Assembly: GCA_017416765.1 (NCBI GenBank)
Contig: JAFQBE010000003.1
Location: forward strand, 199 to 64,198
Length of the DNA: 64,000 nt
Reading direction: 5' to 3'
Source: Clostridia bacterium
Lineage (GTDB): Bacteria; Bacillota; Clostridia; Oscillospirales; Acutalibacteraceae
Under the pieces are notes generated by a model. It was given only the letters and a program-made list of their open reading frames with translations. It was not told the origin of the DNA and ran no database searches. This document shows, one piece after another, positions 8,305 through 23,300 of the stretch. The position numbers were made by a program, and so were the translations under genes. The first letter of the stretch is position 1, and each line of letters opens with the position of its first letter.

Positions 8305-11300
8305 TTAGAAAAAGCTTACAAGCTTGTGGACACCCCAAGCCTCTTCAACTGCGGTAATATCAATTGAAACCGTAGTGAAGTTTACAAGCTCTGTTGTTGC
8401 TTCTGAACCGATAACAACTGTAAATGAACCGTTCTGATTCTTGATGATGTCTGCTGATACATTTACATTATCAAACTTAACATCAATGTCCTCAGCTATC
8501 AGTTTTTCATCAAGCTGTGCCGTTACGGTGAAGGTATAAGCCTCAAGCTCTTCATCGTAAGCAAAAATCATGTTATTGCATATTGATTCGTAACTTTCGG
8601 CGTAGTTTGCAGTACTATCAAAGATTGTGGCTGCACTCTTACCTTCGCCCACACCGGTTACAACAGAAATAATTGCCTTTGATGAATCAGCAATTCCGCT
8701 ATCTTTCAGCTTATACTGTACAGCCTTAACGGTTTTACCGAGAGTGAAATCAATATATCTTACAAGGCTTGTATCTGCAAGAGTATAAGTGAATTCACCT
8801 TCTGCCGTTTCGCCCAGAGCAAGACTGCTTGTATCAGCTTTGAGGCTTGTGCCGGAAGTTGTTGCACCAAAGTATTTGACCGTATCACCTGAAACAGTCA
8901 TTATTGCGCCCCAATCATCAGCCGCAACACCGGTAAATACCTTTGAAGTACCTGCGCCCGTGCCGTTGACAAAGCTTATCTTTGCACTTGCAAGCTTAAC
9001 AGCATTCATGAAAGCATCGCCGTAATTTTCACCCGAGGCTATTGCAGCAGGTACGGGATAGCCGGAGAAGCTGTTTATTCTGCCCATTGTTGAAACAAAA
9101 TCTGAAACAAGAGCAGTAGTAAGGTAATGTGTAGAGGCTGCTGTTACTCCGTTTTCTTCTGCTGCTACCATTGAAAGCTGCTTATCGTAGTAGCTGTTTG
9201 TAACGGTAATATTTTTACCGTCACCTGCTATATTACCGACTGTTGCACCATTTACATTACCTGCAAATACTGTGTTTGAAACTGATACTGAATCTGTTGT
9301 ATTAGCAGGGCCGCTTCCGATAATACCGCCGACTGCGGAATTGCCGCCATCTACCAATACGGTTGAAAGGCTGTTTGTAACTGATACGCCGTTTTCAGCC
9401 TTACCGATTACACCGCCTGCACTGCCTTCGGAATTGACAACCTTACCGGAAACTACACAACCGTCTATAATTACAGGACCCTGTGCATCACCTATAAGAC
9501 CGCCGATATACTCGCTTGTTGCAGCTTTACCGTCAGGACCGGTAACTGTACCGACGACAACGCAGTTGGTAATTGTAGAGGTATTGTTCATGGCTTTTGC
9601 GGCAAGCATACCTGCCGCATCGGTATTACCTTCCGGAACGGTAATACTGATACCTGCTATACCGAGGTTGGAAATATTACCGCCATCAATTACACCGATA
9701 AGTGCGTTATCGCCTTCCGGCGGAATTGTTACATTGGAAAGTGTGTAACCTCTACCGTCGAGGTTTGCGCTGAACAAATCAATGTATGCGCCCCAATCGG
9801 TACCCGTCATATCAAGTGCGCCGTTTGTGATATCGTCAATATCGTTACCTTCGGCATCTGTGACTTCACCGATAATAAAGTAACTGTCGGGGTTTGAACC
9901 GTAGTAGGAAAGAGCAACAACCTGTTCCTTGGTAGCGATGATATACGGTGTTTCTTCTGTACCGTTACCGCCGCTGAAGTTCGGATTGGGATTGTTATTT
10001 ACCGTAATATGGAGATTGTAAGTATCATAAATCTTACTTTCTTCCTTAGTGTAGGAATGGTATTCTTCAATCTCAATACCCAAATCAGGCTTATTAGTAA
10101 TATCAGGATTTCGAACGCTGATAATTGTTGAGGCAGCTTTATTATTTGTTGTGAAATATTTGCCACCGCCTGCAAAGTCATCCATTTCAGCAACGGATTC
10201 ATCAGCCATTTTCCAGATAAATTTGCTGCTGATAACAGTATCGGTTCCGTAGGGCAGATAATCGATATAGTTATCGTTATTTACCATAGCACCTGCTGAA
10301 CTCAGATTAGAGTAGGAACGCAGAGTTCTGTACATAAGGCTCTGTTCTGTTTCTTCTTTAATCTTATTACCGTCTTTATCAGCTTCGCCGGTTTCCTCAA
10401 GCACTTTAGTATCAAGAATTGCTTTCAACTGCGGATATTCAATATCAACAACTGTTTCTACACCATCAATTACAGCAGTTTTACCTGCATTATCGGAAAC
10501 TACATAAGCACCCTTTACCATTATGTTCATATTGGAAAGAGTAGCTACTTCAAGCGTACGCTCTGCAAGATAGAAGTCATCGGCAAAGGATGAACCGCTC
10601 ATCTGCTTATCAAACATACTGTCATTAATCGAACCATCATTGTGGCCGACAAACACATGCGTTGTACCTGCATTATCAACGGTAAACAAACCTGCAGCAT
10701 AACAAGCGTTTATTGTGCCATTAGTTCCGTTGTTTGCAGCAAAGCTGCCTGCATTAAGTCCGGAATTTTCACCGCGCACAATAATATTGCAACGAGTATA
10801 GCAATTTGTGATTGCGCTGTTATTTGTGCCGACAAAGCCTGAAACAGAGCTTGTGGGAGAATCAAGAAGAATATCGCCCATTGTAAAGCAGGTTGAAATT
10901 GTGTTGTTGTTTTCGCCGACAAAGGCCGCTGCACTATTTGCTGAACCTGTTATATCGCCTACCGAAGCACTCATGGCAATTGTACCGTTATTGGTAAGAG
11001 CTATACCTGCAAATGAATCATTTGCTGTGCCTTCCCAATCAAGGTTGACAACGCAGCCTTCGATTATACCGTTTTTATTTACAGTCTGTGCAATACCTGC
11101 AACATTGTTGCCGCTGCTCTTGGTATGTGTATACTTCAAAGTGCCGTCGGTATTTTTCTCGTTGACGGGCATGCTGAATACATTTACGCCTCTGACAATA
11201 CCGTCAAGATTGCCTACAAGGCTTTCACCTTCGCTGAATACTGTATCCTTAAAGGTTACATTCGTGATAACAGAACTTTCGTTTACGGTATCTGCAAGAG

Positions 11301-14300
11301 TTTCGCGCAGACCGTGTACAAAGTAGCCGTTACCGTCGAATGAGTAGCCATGAGCGAGTGCGGCAAAACCTACAGGTCTTGTATATGTACCGTCAAGGTA
11401 AACATTACCCATCATACGGTAATAAACCTTTGTATCATTGCTGTCAGTATTGGCATCAAGCGGTTCGTTCCATTCAAGGTACAAGCTCTCCGGATCAGCC
11501 GCTGCAGTTGCGGTAAGTTCGTTTGAAGTCATGGCAACATGCTTCATATCCTCTTGTGATGCTACAAGGAAGGGATAATCATCTGTACCAAGCATCTGTG
11601 CGCAGATACGCGACAGCGGACGGCTTGCAACTGTGCTGTAAACTACACCGTCACTCGGGTCAACTTTCTGACCGCCAACAGTTTCAATCGTGATAATGAA
11701 GTTAGCCTGTTCTGCCTTATTGCTTGAACGCTGAACAGAAAGAGTATTTGTATTCGGGTCAACAATGGCTTTCGCTGAACCCTGCTGAGTATTATCTGCT
11801 TCAAAGCCGAAGGTATATGCTGTACCGTTATGTGTAACTTCGGTAGGTATATTCATTGCCATGGATATACCCTTACCTTCTGCCGCCATCTGATCAAGCG
11901 GGTTAAGTTCAATAGCAACTACACTCAAAAGAGCGTTGAACTGAATTGTTCTGGAAACATTTTCATTAAATAATGCTTTAAGATAAGGATACGCACCGGG
12001 GGTATAACCGAAAACACTTCCACCAAGTTCAGATTGCAAACTACTGCCATCAATAAACTGAGCAGTTGTTGCTTGGGCAGCATTATCGAATGAACCGCTG
12101 ATAACTTTACCCACAGAACCCTGTGAAGCATCTGTTTCAGCATCGTATTCTATAGCGGAAACATTAAGGTCATAACGAAGGTGTTTAGCAGATACTCCGC
12201 CGGCAATAACACCGATAACGCCGCCGACACCGTAATTGGCTGATGAATAATCCTTCATTCTGGGTTCAGCAAGAGTTGAACCGGATGAATAACCGTATTC
12301 TACACCGGCTTTAATTACGCCAAACAGACCGCCTGCACCTACAGCAGAAGCCGCAGATACATCACCGAATTTTGCTGCAACAGAAGCACTTGAATAAACA
12401 TTCAATGTTGAACTGCCAAGTACGCCGACAAGACCGCCGACACCAAGGGTGAGCGACTGACAAGACGGCAATTCAACTGAGCTGCCGGTTTCGTTATCAT
12501 CTTCGCTATCGCCATCGGAATATGAATATCTGACACCACCGCTGGAGAATACGCCGGAAAGCTGAGCACCGTCACCTACATGACCTACCAGACCGCCGAC
12601 ACCATATTCACTCGATGTAATGTAAGTCATGCCGTCATTGAGACCAACATCAACAGCACTGCTTGAGAACGAAGACGATATAACAGCAGCAGAGCCGTTT
12701 GATACACCTACAAGACCGCCGATACCGTGAGTACCGCTGTATGTGCCGGTAATTGAAGAGTTTACATCGCCTGTTGCGTAACTGTTATCAACAGCCATTT
12801 CATTGTAGCCTACAAGACCACCGACTACATTAGTACCGGAAACGGTAACTTGTGTAAACGAATGTGAAATAATTGAACCTGTTCCGCCCTTTGCGTAACC
12901 TACAAGACCGCCGACATTATTGCTGCCGATTACGCCGCTGCCAACCGGTTCTTTTTCAGCTGTTTCTCCATCTGCAGATTCTTTATCCTTCATCAGATGA
13001 GAAACAGAACAGTTGGTAATATTTACTGTTTTACCTTCTGCAGGCTGAATTGAACCAACAAGAGCACCAACATTATTACCGCCGCTAACAGTACCGATTT
13101 CAAGCACCATGTTACTTAGCGAACCGCCAAGCATAGTACCAATGAAGCCGGTATTATCGGATGCTTCAATATTAAGGTTGGAAAGCTTAAATCCGTTTCC
13201 TTCAAAGCGACCTGAATAATCCGGTATAGGATTAAACTTGTAATTACCGAGAACGATATCATCAGTAAATGTATAGCTTTTATCAGGTGTAAGAGCAACA
13301 AACTTGGTATCTATTACCTTGCCGTATTCGTCAGTTGCCTTAATACCTATAGAATTAAGCTGTCTTTCAGTTGAGATGGGATAAATCCTGCCGATACTGT
13401 CATTTCTGACTTGTACCGGATAAACAACCTTACGGTAAAGCTCAACCGAAGTATCATCGACAGTAACGGGAGCTGAATCCGTAACAACAAAATACGGAAC
13501 CCTGTCGTTATAGAACATTTCACCGTTTTTAAGAACTTCACCTGTATACTTTTCAGCATCTTCTTTGAAGATATTGATATATACCTTGATACCGCCCTGT
13601 ACATTTTCAAAGAGCAAATCCGTGTTCCTTATGCTCTTATCTTTACCGTCACCGTAAAGCTCGGTATCCATTTCGGACGGATAGTCATCAAGGTTATCAC
13701 TTGTATCAAAGCGTGAAGATGAAGCTATAATACCTTCACCCATCACGGTAACAGGATAAAACAGACCGTCTTTATAAAGGGTGTTATTCTGTCTGTCGGT
13801 AATTTCTTTAGCTGACGGGTCAACCTGCAGCTTTGCAAGCTCAACATAAGCTAAGGTATAAGCATCTGTACCGGCATTAGCAGCAAGATTTACACCGTTT
13901 AATGAGAAATCTTCACCCGAAGCAGGTGTTACACCCGATTCATCTGAAACAACAGTAACCCATTCAGTTACGACTTCATCATTCTCATCAACTATCGGGT
14001 TGCCTTGTTCATCAACTACAGCCTGCTCTGCAGCTATACCCATTAGGTCAGCATCATAAATAACCGAACCCTTTGCATCATCCGGCACGGTAACACCGCC
14101 CAAAACACCAAGAACAGGATTGATCTTATCCGTGTCGCCTACCTGTGTTGCGGCAACTGCTGCACTGATACGTACATTCTTTGCGGTAATATCAGACCTT
14201 TGTGTATTTGAGCCGCCGATAGTAAGACCCTTGTAGAAATTAATACCGTTAGAATCCGATACGCTGGCGCCTACAAAAACATCTGATATTTCAAGCTTGG

Positions 14301-17300
14301 CGTTTGTGCCGACATAGCCTGCGAGACCGCCGACTGCACCGTAAATTCTTTCATCATTACTTTCTTTTACACCAAGGCTTACATATCCGAAAGTAAAGCT
14401 GCCGGAAACTGATGTTGTGCCGGAAACAAAGCCGACCAAAGCACCTGCGTTCTTATTTTGTCCGCTGTATTCTTTACCGGTAAGCTTTGAATAAACGGTT
14501 GTGGAAATAAAGCAGGAATCAATTGTTGCACCTGCACTTTCGCCGATAAGACCACCCAAAGCAGTATCGCCTATTACATTGCCCTTAACAACAGAGCAGT
14601 TTGTAACTGTTGCATTGTTTACCCTGCCAGCAAGTCCGCCGACATAGCTGTTAGCGGTAATACCGCCGACCAAATCCGCTGTTATATTAAAGTTTTCGGG
14701 ATTTGTATTAACAGTCATCGGTCCAGCCAGTTCGATGTGAATATTTTTAAGTTCAGCACCTGAGCCGACACAACCGAACAGACCTGCATAATCGCTGCTG
14801 CGGTTAATATAAAGGTTAGTAATTAAGTATCCGCCGCCATCGTAGGAACCGATAAACGGAATCTGCTTTGTGCCGATAGGTTCAAAGCCCTGACCGTCTT
14901 TCCAGAGCGGACTTGTAACCGTTGTACTGTAGCCATACTGCGGAGCAAGGTCAATATTATTAACCTGCTTATAGTATGCGTCCGGCAAAGCACGCACAAC
15001 ATCAAAATGTTTAGGTGTGCTGATTAAGTACGGATCATCTTCTTCACCCATACCTTCAATTTCAACCGTAATAAGTCGAATACCTACTTCAAGACCGTAG
15101 GAATAAGTAAGGACAAGGTCACCGATAATATCCTCTTTTACTTGGCTGATAGTCAAAGTACCGTAAGGCTTTTCGTAATTATCAATTGAAATTACTGCAC
15201 TTGTTTCGCCTTCATTCAAAACAATATGTGCACCGTTTTCCTTATTATAGGAAATAACATCGCTGCTTGTATTATCTGATTTAAACTTAATATCATTATA
15301 TACAAGTCTGAAATGGCGGGACGCAGAAACACCTTCTTCGCCGATGTTTTCGGTATCAAGAGGAATAAGCGCACTTGAAGAATATTTATCATCAGCCGGA
15401 GAAATGCTGATATCTTCAGATGTACCTACCATGAATGACTTGCCGTTTTCAGTATAAGTAGTACCATCTTCCGTATAGGTATAGGTAGCTACATTGATAT
15501 CTGTATATGTTTCAGCGGTATTCTTCTGACCGTAGAAATCTTTACAGCCATAGGCAATAATATCCTGCGGATATGACGATACATAAATATTTTCAAAATA
15601 TGCAGTAAGATCTTCGGCAGATGTTGCAAAATTGTTACCCTCAATTGCAAAACCTAACAATTTACCGACATTTGTTGAAACACTCTGAGGATCTTTAACT
15701 GTAGCGTTTGTAGCGTCAACCATTGTACCGGTTGAATTGGTATAAAGATTAACTTCTGCAGACATTACACCGTGAGAAACGAGCGGAGTTTCACCTGCAT
15801 CACTTACAGTTGAACGGATTTTACCGATATAGCCGCCTGCTGCACCGAGATACGGCTCAAAAGCAGGTGCAGTTTTACCGCTGCGGAAGCCTGAAACCTC
15901 ACCCGAAACAGTTGTATCAACAACTGTTAAAGACGAAATATTTTCAAGCTGTTCGGAAATATAGCCGATTACACCGCCTGCAGTACAGTCCTTATTAAGG
16001 TTATCATAAGAATATGTACCTACATATCCGCTAAAACCGCTGCCGTTAATATTAAGAGAAGCCAGATTATCAACCTTACCTACAATACCGCCTGCTACAT
16101 TATAGAACTGACGAAGATTGCTTGTTGAAAGGTTAGATGAACTGAGAACTCTGATATCTGCATTGCTGCCGGCAACTGCGTAATCACCGACATTGCTGTT
16201 GGTGATATTGACAACTGCTTCATCATCGTTTTCAATTTCACCAATGATACCGCCTGCTGTATCAAACGCTGTAATTGAAACACCGTGAAGCTTTGCCGAA
16301 GCGATATTCACATTACCGTATGAGTGCGCAACAATACCGCCGATACGGTCAGCAACCAGCTCATGATCATCTGCATTGGCAACATAGCTGCCCGCAGCCG
16401 TTGTACCGGTTACATTTACGGAACATGTTGCATCGCGAAGCTGCGTATTATTAACTTCAGCGTTAGTTATATTACCTGTTGCCCATGCGGCAATACCGCC
16501 TGCATAGGAAACATAGGTATTACGGAATCTGTCATAGCGTTCTGCAAGGATGCGGGAATCCGAAACAGAAGCATCAACAATTTCTGCTGCGCTTGAACCT
16601 GCAATACCGCCGACTTTGACTGTATAGAGTTTTCCTGAAGTATTACCTGCAAGCGTTGCACCTATAACATCAAGACCGCTGACTGAACAGTTGTTAATTT
16701 TTGTTGCAGCATCTGCAGAACCGACAATGCCGCCGACATTTGTCGAAGCAGGAATCATCTGACGAAGGCTCATAACATAAGCTTCACCCTGAGTACCTAT
16801 GCGTTCTACACTTACATCGGTAATAGTTGCGCCAACAGCAGAACCTGCAAGAACACCGACAAAGTTTTCGGCATCGCGTGAACCGATTACTTCAATTTTC
16901 GGGTTTACAAAGGTAAGACCAGTTACAGTTGCGCCGTTGAGAGAATTGAAGAAGCCAGATTTTTCAGCATCCTCACCCTGTGCGGTAACATTTACATCGT
17001 CATGTGATTCAAAGCCGTAAATGGAGAAATAATCCCCTGCCTGTGTTAAGCCTGTGCTATTTATATTATCAACAGCAACAGCTGAAAGAACACGATAATC
17101 ACCGGCAAAGTCAAGATCAAAATGATCCGATGAATTTTCAGTATATGTACCGTACTGTGTTGCAGAAACACCGTCAACAAGCTTACTGAGCTTGACATTT
17201 GCCAAATCAGTAACACCGAGATATTCTTCAATGTCAATTTCAGTGCGTTCATCAACACCTGCCTCAAACTTGGGGTTTGGATGTACTGAAGCGGCAAGCA

Positions 17301-20300
17301 AAGCCAAATCTTCAGCACTCATAACCTGTGAAAGAGTAACATTTTCAGCATAGGTATCAGCTGATGTTATAAGTGGATTATTGTTTTCTATTGCACAGAA
17401 AATATCATAGCACTGAATAATTGTTGAAGAAGCATTTACCTTTTCAATTGTGGAATAGAGGTTTGATGCATTGAAAACAAAGTATGTGTTTTCATAACGA
17501 TAATAGTCATTGCCTGAAACTTCTACTACAAAGGCTGCAGCAAGCTCCATACCGTTGGAGTATGTAAAGACGAGGTTAAACTCAACGGTTTCTGTAAGCG
17601 TTACACCGTCAGCAGGAGCAAGAATATAGCCACCCTCTGCCGCTTTAACCGAAATCTTATTTGAATCGGTTTTTACAGATTCGGGCATCAAAACAGCTGT
17701 CTGTTCAAGAGCGGTATCTGTTCCCCCCTTATTGACAGCAGAAACGGTAAAGCCGTTAATCGAAGCCGCAGAATCAAAGATATAGTTTAAATCATTATCC
17801 GGCACATTTTGCGGCAAAGCATCAAAGCTGAAATCAGACATAGCAACAGGATATCCCGTTGCAAAAAGCAGAGAATTAATCGGAGTTATATTTTCTTCGT
17901 AATCATAATCCTTATGCTTTATACGGTACTGCTCACCAAATGTGAGAGCGCGCGTCTGTTCATTAATGGTATGATTCTTTATACCGGGTTCATTCTCTTT
18001 ATCTGCTTCGTAGCTGTTTATATCGTAGATGTAATCAGTAAGACCGGATTTTGTATTTGCAGAATTGTCATTACCCGACTGTACAGGCTTGAGAACACCG
18101 AAGAGATAAGCCGAGCCGGACTGATACTTATAGCCGGAATAATAGATATTAAAGAAAGGCTGATTGGTATATCCGCTGAATGATGAACCTGAAACCATTA
18201 CACCATTGGAAGGATTAGCTTCAAAATCATAAATGTAGCCGACAACGATACCTGTGGTAGTGGTTTTCTTTACAAATGAATCTTCACCCGCAAGGTTTTT
18301 AAAGCTTGCGGAAATTACACAGTTTTCTGCAAAGTGATGGTTCATCTCGTTAAACTTAGCTTCATCAACAATCATTCCGCTGGTCCAGATAGCACCAACA
18401 AGACCACCTACAGCAGAATCTCCGGAAATTGTTCCACCTACATGGCAATTGGAGATATGAATGCCGGAAAGGTATGTATCTTTTGACAATGAACCAATAA
18501 TACCACCAGCACCCATATTATAATAAAGATTTGATATTGTGTCGGTGATTTTTGTATTATCACTTTCGGTAGCAGTTACTGTTGCCGATGTGTTACAAGA
18601 ATCAATTACTATATTATAAACTCTTATTTTTGATGTATCTGTTGGTGCTTCAAAGCAACCAACGATACCACCTACACCATAGGGTGCTTTAACTGTTGTT
18701 TGCTCATCTAAAGTACAATCGGTAACTGTATGATTAACAGAAGGTGCATCAACACGAGCAATAATACCGGCTGAAGATATTGTTCTGTAAGAATACTTAT
18801 CTGCTGTGTGTATATGTGTTCCTTCAACTATTGTAGAAAAAATATCTACAGCATTGATTGACACTCTTTCAGCAACAACTGATGCATGATTTGTGTTGCT
18901 TGAAAAAGATGAAAACACATCATTTGCATTCGATGTATATGTGCGTACAACAGCACCTGCAGCAATTTCACCCTTGACAAGTGAATCTTTTACAGTATTG
19001 CGCTTGTTACCGTTAGCCGAAATATCACCGGAATATGCAAAAGCTATACCAGCAGCACCATTGTCAAAGTATGTTGAATCATCAGTATCGTTTTCCGTTC
19101 CCTGAATAATTGCACTACCGGAAACGGTAACACCCTTTATTGAAGCTGCGTTCTGATCAGTATGAACAACAATACCGGCAGATGCAAGATCGCCCTGAAT
19201 TGTTGTGGTATAACTGCTGTCAGCGGTTCTTTCACCTATTAACTTTGATTCGGAAATATTCCAAGAAATTGCGCCTTGACCTGCACTGAACAAGCCTCCA
19301 AATAAGCCTGCAGTATAATCTGCACCGCTTATATGAGCATTTTCTACTGTAACATTTGTAGCATTAAGCGAACCGGTTGCTACCGCTGCAACAGCTGCAG
19401 CGTATTTAACATCAGCCGTTGAAGTAACATCGGTTATTTTAAAATTATCAAAAGATGCATTTTGAGTGTAACCGAACAAACCGGCTACTTTATTTGTATC
19501 AGCAGACGCCGTTAACTGTAAACCGGAAATTTCAAACTGCTCATTTCCCGCATCCTTTCTTGAACCGAAAGTACCTGTAAACGGAGCACTTGATGTACCT
19601 ATAGGAGTAAAGCCGCCCTTATACATACCGTTGGTGGGATCAAACATATTTTCAGTAAATACGATATCATTTGCTAACCAATAGTTATAAGCAAGAGCTT
19701 CATCCTTGATTAGTTTAAAATCAATCGGATCTGTTATAAGGCGATATGTTGTTCCGTTATAGTTAACAGTCTGTAAAGGAACAAAAGCTGTTGAAGTAAA
19801 TTTAAATCCTACAGGAAGGCGCGCTTCATATGACCACCCTTCCCCGTCTGTAACTGAACCGATATAATCAATACTTACATCAATTGTTTCGGGGTTTTTA
19901 GGTGTAACGGTAAGTGAATTATATTCCGTATCGGAAACAATAGCGATACTGGGATTAGAACCGACCCAATGCGGTTTCTTACCGTTTTTATCCGCTGTAT
20001 CTAAACGGAATTCGCCACGGTTTACTTCCGGGAAAACATAACCTACAAATTCCGTACCGGAAGAATAATCAGTGAGCTGAGGCTCAACATTACCATTATC
20101 AAAGTCACTACCTTTAAGATTAACATCATAATAGCAATTAACTATTAAAGAAAAAGTTTCAAAATAAGTAGGTATATAATTTGACCAATTATTTGACTTA
20201 TCAGCACCGCAATAACCCATAAACGGGAATGTTGTTGTATCAATAGCAAATGATGAATAGTAAATGTTACTAAAGGTATAGGACATATCATCACCTATAA

Positions 20301-23300
20301 CCATTTCCAAGGCGAAACCAGATCCTGAGTATCCGCCTGCAATGTAGGAATCCGTATTAGCAACTATACTACCAATTGTAACACCGCCACGTATCATGGT
20401 ATTAGTTTCATTTGCTAATGTAGATTTAAGTGAACCGGATATTACAATATTTTTAAGTAGATCTTTGGGAAGATGAGTTTCTTCTGAGTACTCATAGCAA
20501 AAAGCAGATGTTATGGAACCAATTGCGCCACCAATACAATCTGTACCAATAATACTGCCGTCAAATACACTGTCAGTAATTGAGAGATATTGCGTATAAG
20601 CAACATATTCACTATAAAGATCAATGCCCCTGAAAAATCCAATAAAACCACCTGTACCGACACGCCAATACTCCTGATCGGTATGGTATGGCTCAGAAAC
20701 CACATTCATATCAGCCACTGAAGTAATCTGAGCTGATACAGTGTTATAAGAAAGTTTTAACTGCGTTCCAGTAGATTTATATTGAGTTGCTAAACCAACA
20801 ATACCGCCTGTTGCAGAAAAATATTTTAAAGTCTCATTATCGCATTCAATATAATTGGTGATTATTGTTTGAAAATCGACATCACAATACTTGATATTCA
20901 CATCTGATATGTAAGAATCTCTATATGAATTATAGTTTGCAGTATTAGTACCAAGTATGCCTCCTACACCGAAATCATAAGTTTCTAGTGAATATCCACA
21001 AGGAACACAATCTTTGACAGTAGTAATAACAGATAAAAAAACATCACAATTGTTAATATGCAACACATTACCGATATTAACATATAACATAATGTTAGCG
21101 CCAACTATACCGCCAACAACAACGCCTTCAACCAAACTGTTTTTAAGAACACAGTCAACAAGCGTATCACCTTCTGCCGGACCGTTAACAGCACCGACTA
21201 TGCCGCCAACAACAACATTACGATTCTTGACAGCAGTCGGTGAAGAAATATTGATATCTGTCGCTTTAATTTCTGCATTTTCAACAACTGCATTGCTTAT
21301 AAAACCATATATCTTGCTGACTGCTTCTATCGCATCAGCATTATCATAAGATCTGTATGGACCTACATAACCAGCTATACCACCGATATAAAGTTCGGTA
21401 GTACTGTGGATAGTTGTACCTTTTTCTGAATCTGCAGAAACCTTTACATTTTTTATTGTTGTTTTAGCGTTTGTAGCCGCAACGATACCGCCGGCATTAC
21501 CTGCCGACCTGACAGTAAGATTTGAAACCGTAATATCGAAGTCTGCTTCATCTTCCGGAACTTCTCGGCCAATATTAAGAGAAGATGCAGACATATTTGC
21601 TGCTGTTTCATAATATTTCTGATAAGTACCGATAAGGCCGCCGGCATTAACAGTGGCATAACCATAAACGTTGCCGATACTTGGACCTGCAACAACAATA
21701 TTGCTTGCTGCAACACCATAAACATTTATTGTATGTGCTTCAGTATCGCTTTCTTCAGCTGAACCTATAATAGCGCCGATACCGCCGATAACAACAGCAT
21801 TGTCCTTAAAGAATTTAGCACCATCGGTATATGACGTCTGTACCGTAACACCGTTAAGGGTAACATTATATATATCTGCATCACAGTCTTTCATGCTTGC
21901 TACAACAGCAGCAACACTTTTACCTGTACCGATTGCAGATGAGTCAATTATTTCTACATCATGGATATTGACTTTATCAATGCCTGTACCGACAAGCACA
22001 GCTGTACTGTCGCCGCCTGAAACAGCAAAATCCCTTATTTTCAAATTATATATACCGGAATCAGATGAAACACCGTTAACACTTACACCTTCAGAAAAAT
22101 CAACAGCAGCAAAAAGAGCAGAATTGTCATTGGTACTTGTGATTGTAAGTTCGCTGATTTCGTAATTGTTACCATCAAATATACCTGTGAAAGGATAAGC
22201 GTTAGAGCCTATGGGCGGAATTACAGTATCGCCCATGCGTATATTTGCGTCCAACTTATATGCTTTTGAAAGATAGGTTAAATCTTTATTTTCAGAATCA
22301 GGATTGACTTTGTTGGAAAGCATAACCAAATCTTCTTTGGTAGAAAGGATTATATAGCCGTCCTGTGTTACAAAATCGGAAGATTTTACAAGATATTTTA
22401 CATATGTCTGGAAGCCTGTTTCAAAGTTAACAACTTTAAGATAAACACTGTCACCTGCCTGCGCAGAGGTTGCTGCTTTGACAGTTACATTGAGTTTACC
22501 GTTTTCTACAGTAATACCTTCAATAGTAAATTTATCTGCCTCATATGCAGTTTCATTATTATTACTATCAATATTAATAAGAGAAACCGTAAAGTCGGAA
22601 ACAGAAGCACCTTCAAAGGCTGTGACATGCTGCGGAATATCAACAGTCCATACAAAGTCGCCGCCTGCCATCATGTTCTGAGTAGGTACACTTTCCCCAC
22701 CCCAAAGAGATACGCTTTCCTGCTCAACATTGGAAGCCTTATTGGTTGAAGCAAAGCTAAGCTTTGACCAAACTATATTTTTATAAGCTCTACTATATAC
22801 ACCGGCATGTTTACCAAATACCGCATAAACATATGTAGAACCAATAATACGGGAGCTGATAATACTGTTTGCTATAAGACCGCTGTTCTGTTCAGAATCT
22901 GCAATAAAGGCTGCACGGGAAATTTCGTTGCTGTCCCCAGATACATAAACACTTATTGCATTAACAAAACAATTATCAACAACTACTGCACCGCTGACAT
23001 AAGCAATAAAGCCTGCAACATAGTTTGTTGCACCGAATTTTACAGATACATCGGTTGAGCAGCCATAAATATAACTGTTACCTACTGCGCAATCAATAAA
23101 TGCAGCAGAATATGCAGGTGCTTTTGAAAGGTCTGCGATATAGCCTTCATATACAGTTTCGTCACCGTCATCCGGTGTGGGATCGCCGTCGGAAAGAGCA
23201 ACTTTTACAATTGTGGAATCATATACGGTACCCAAAACAGATTCGTCTATATCTGCTGAAAGCTCAAAATTAAGATTTGATATATAGCCGCCCTTTCTGT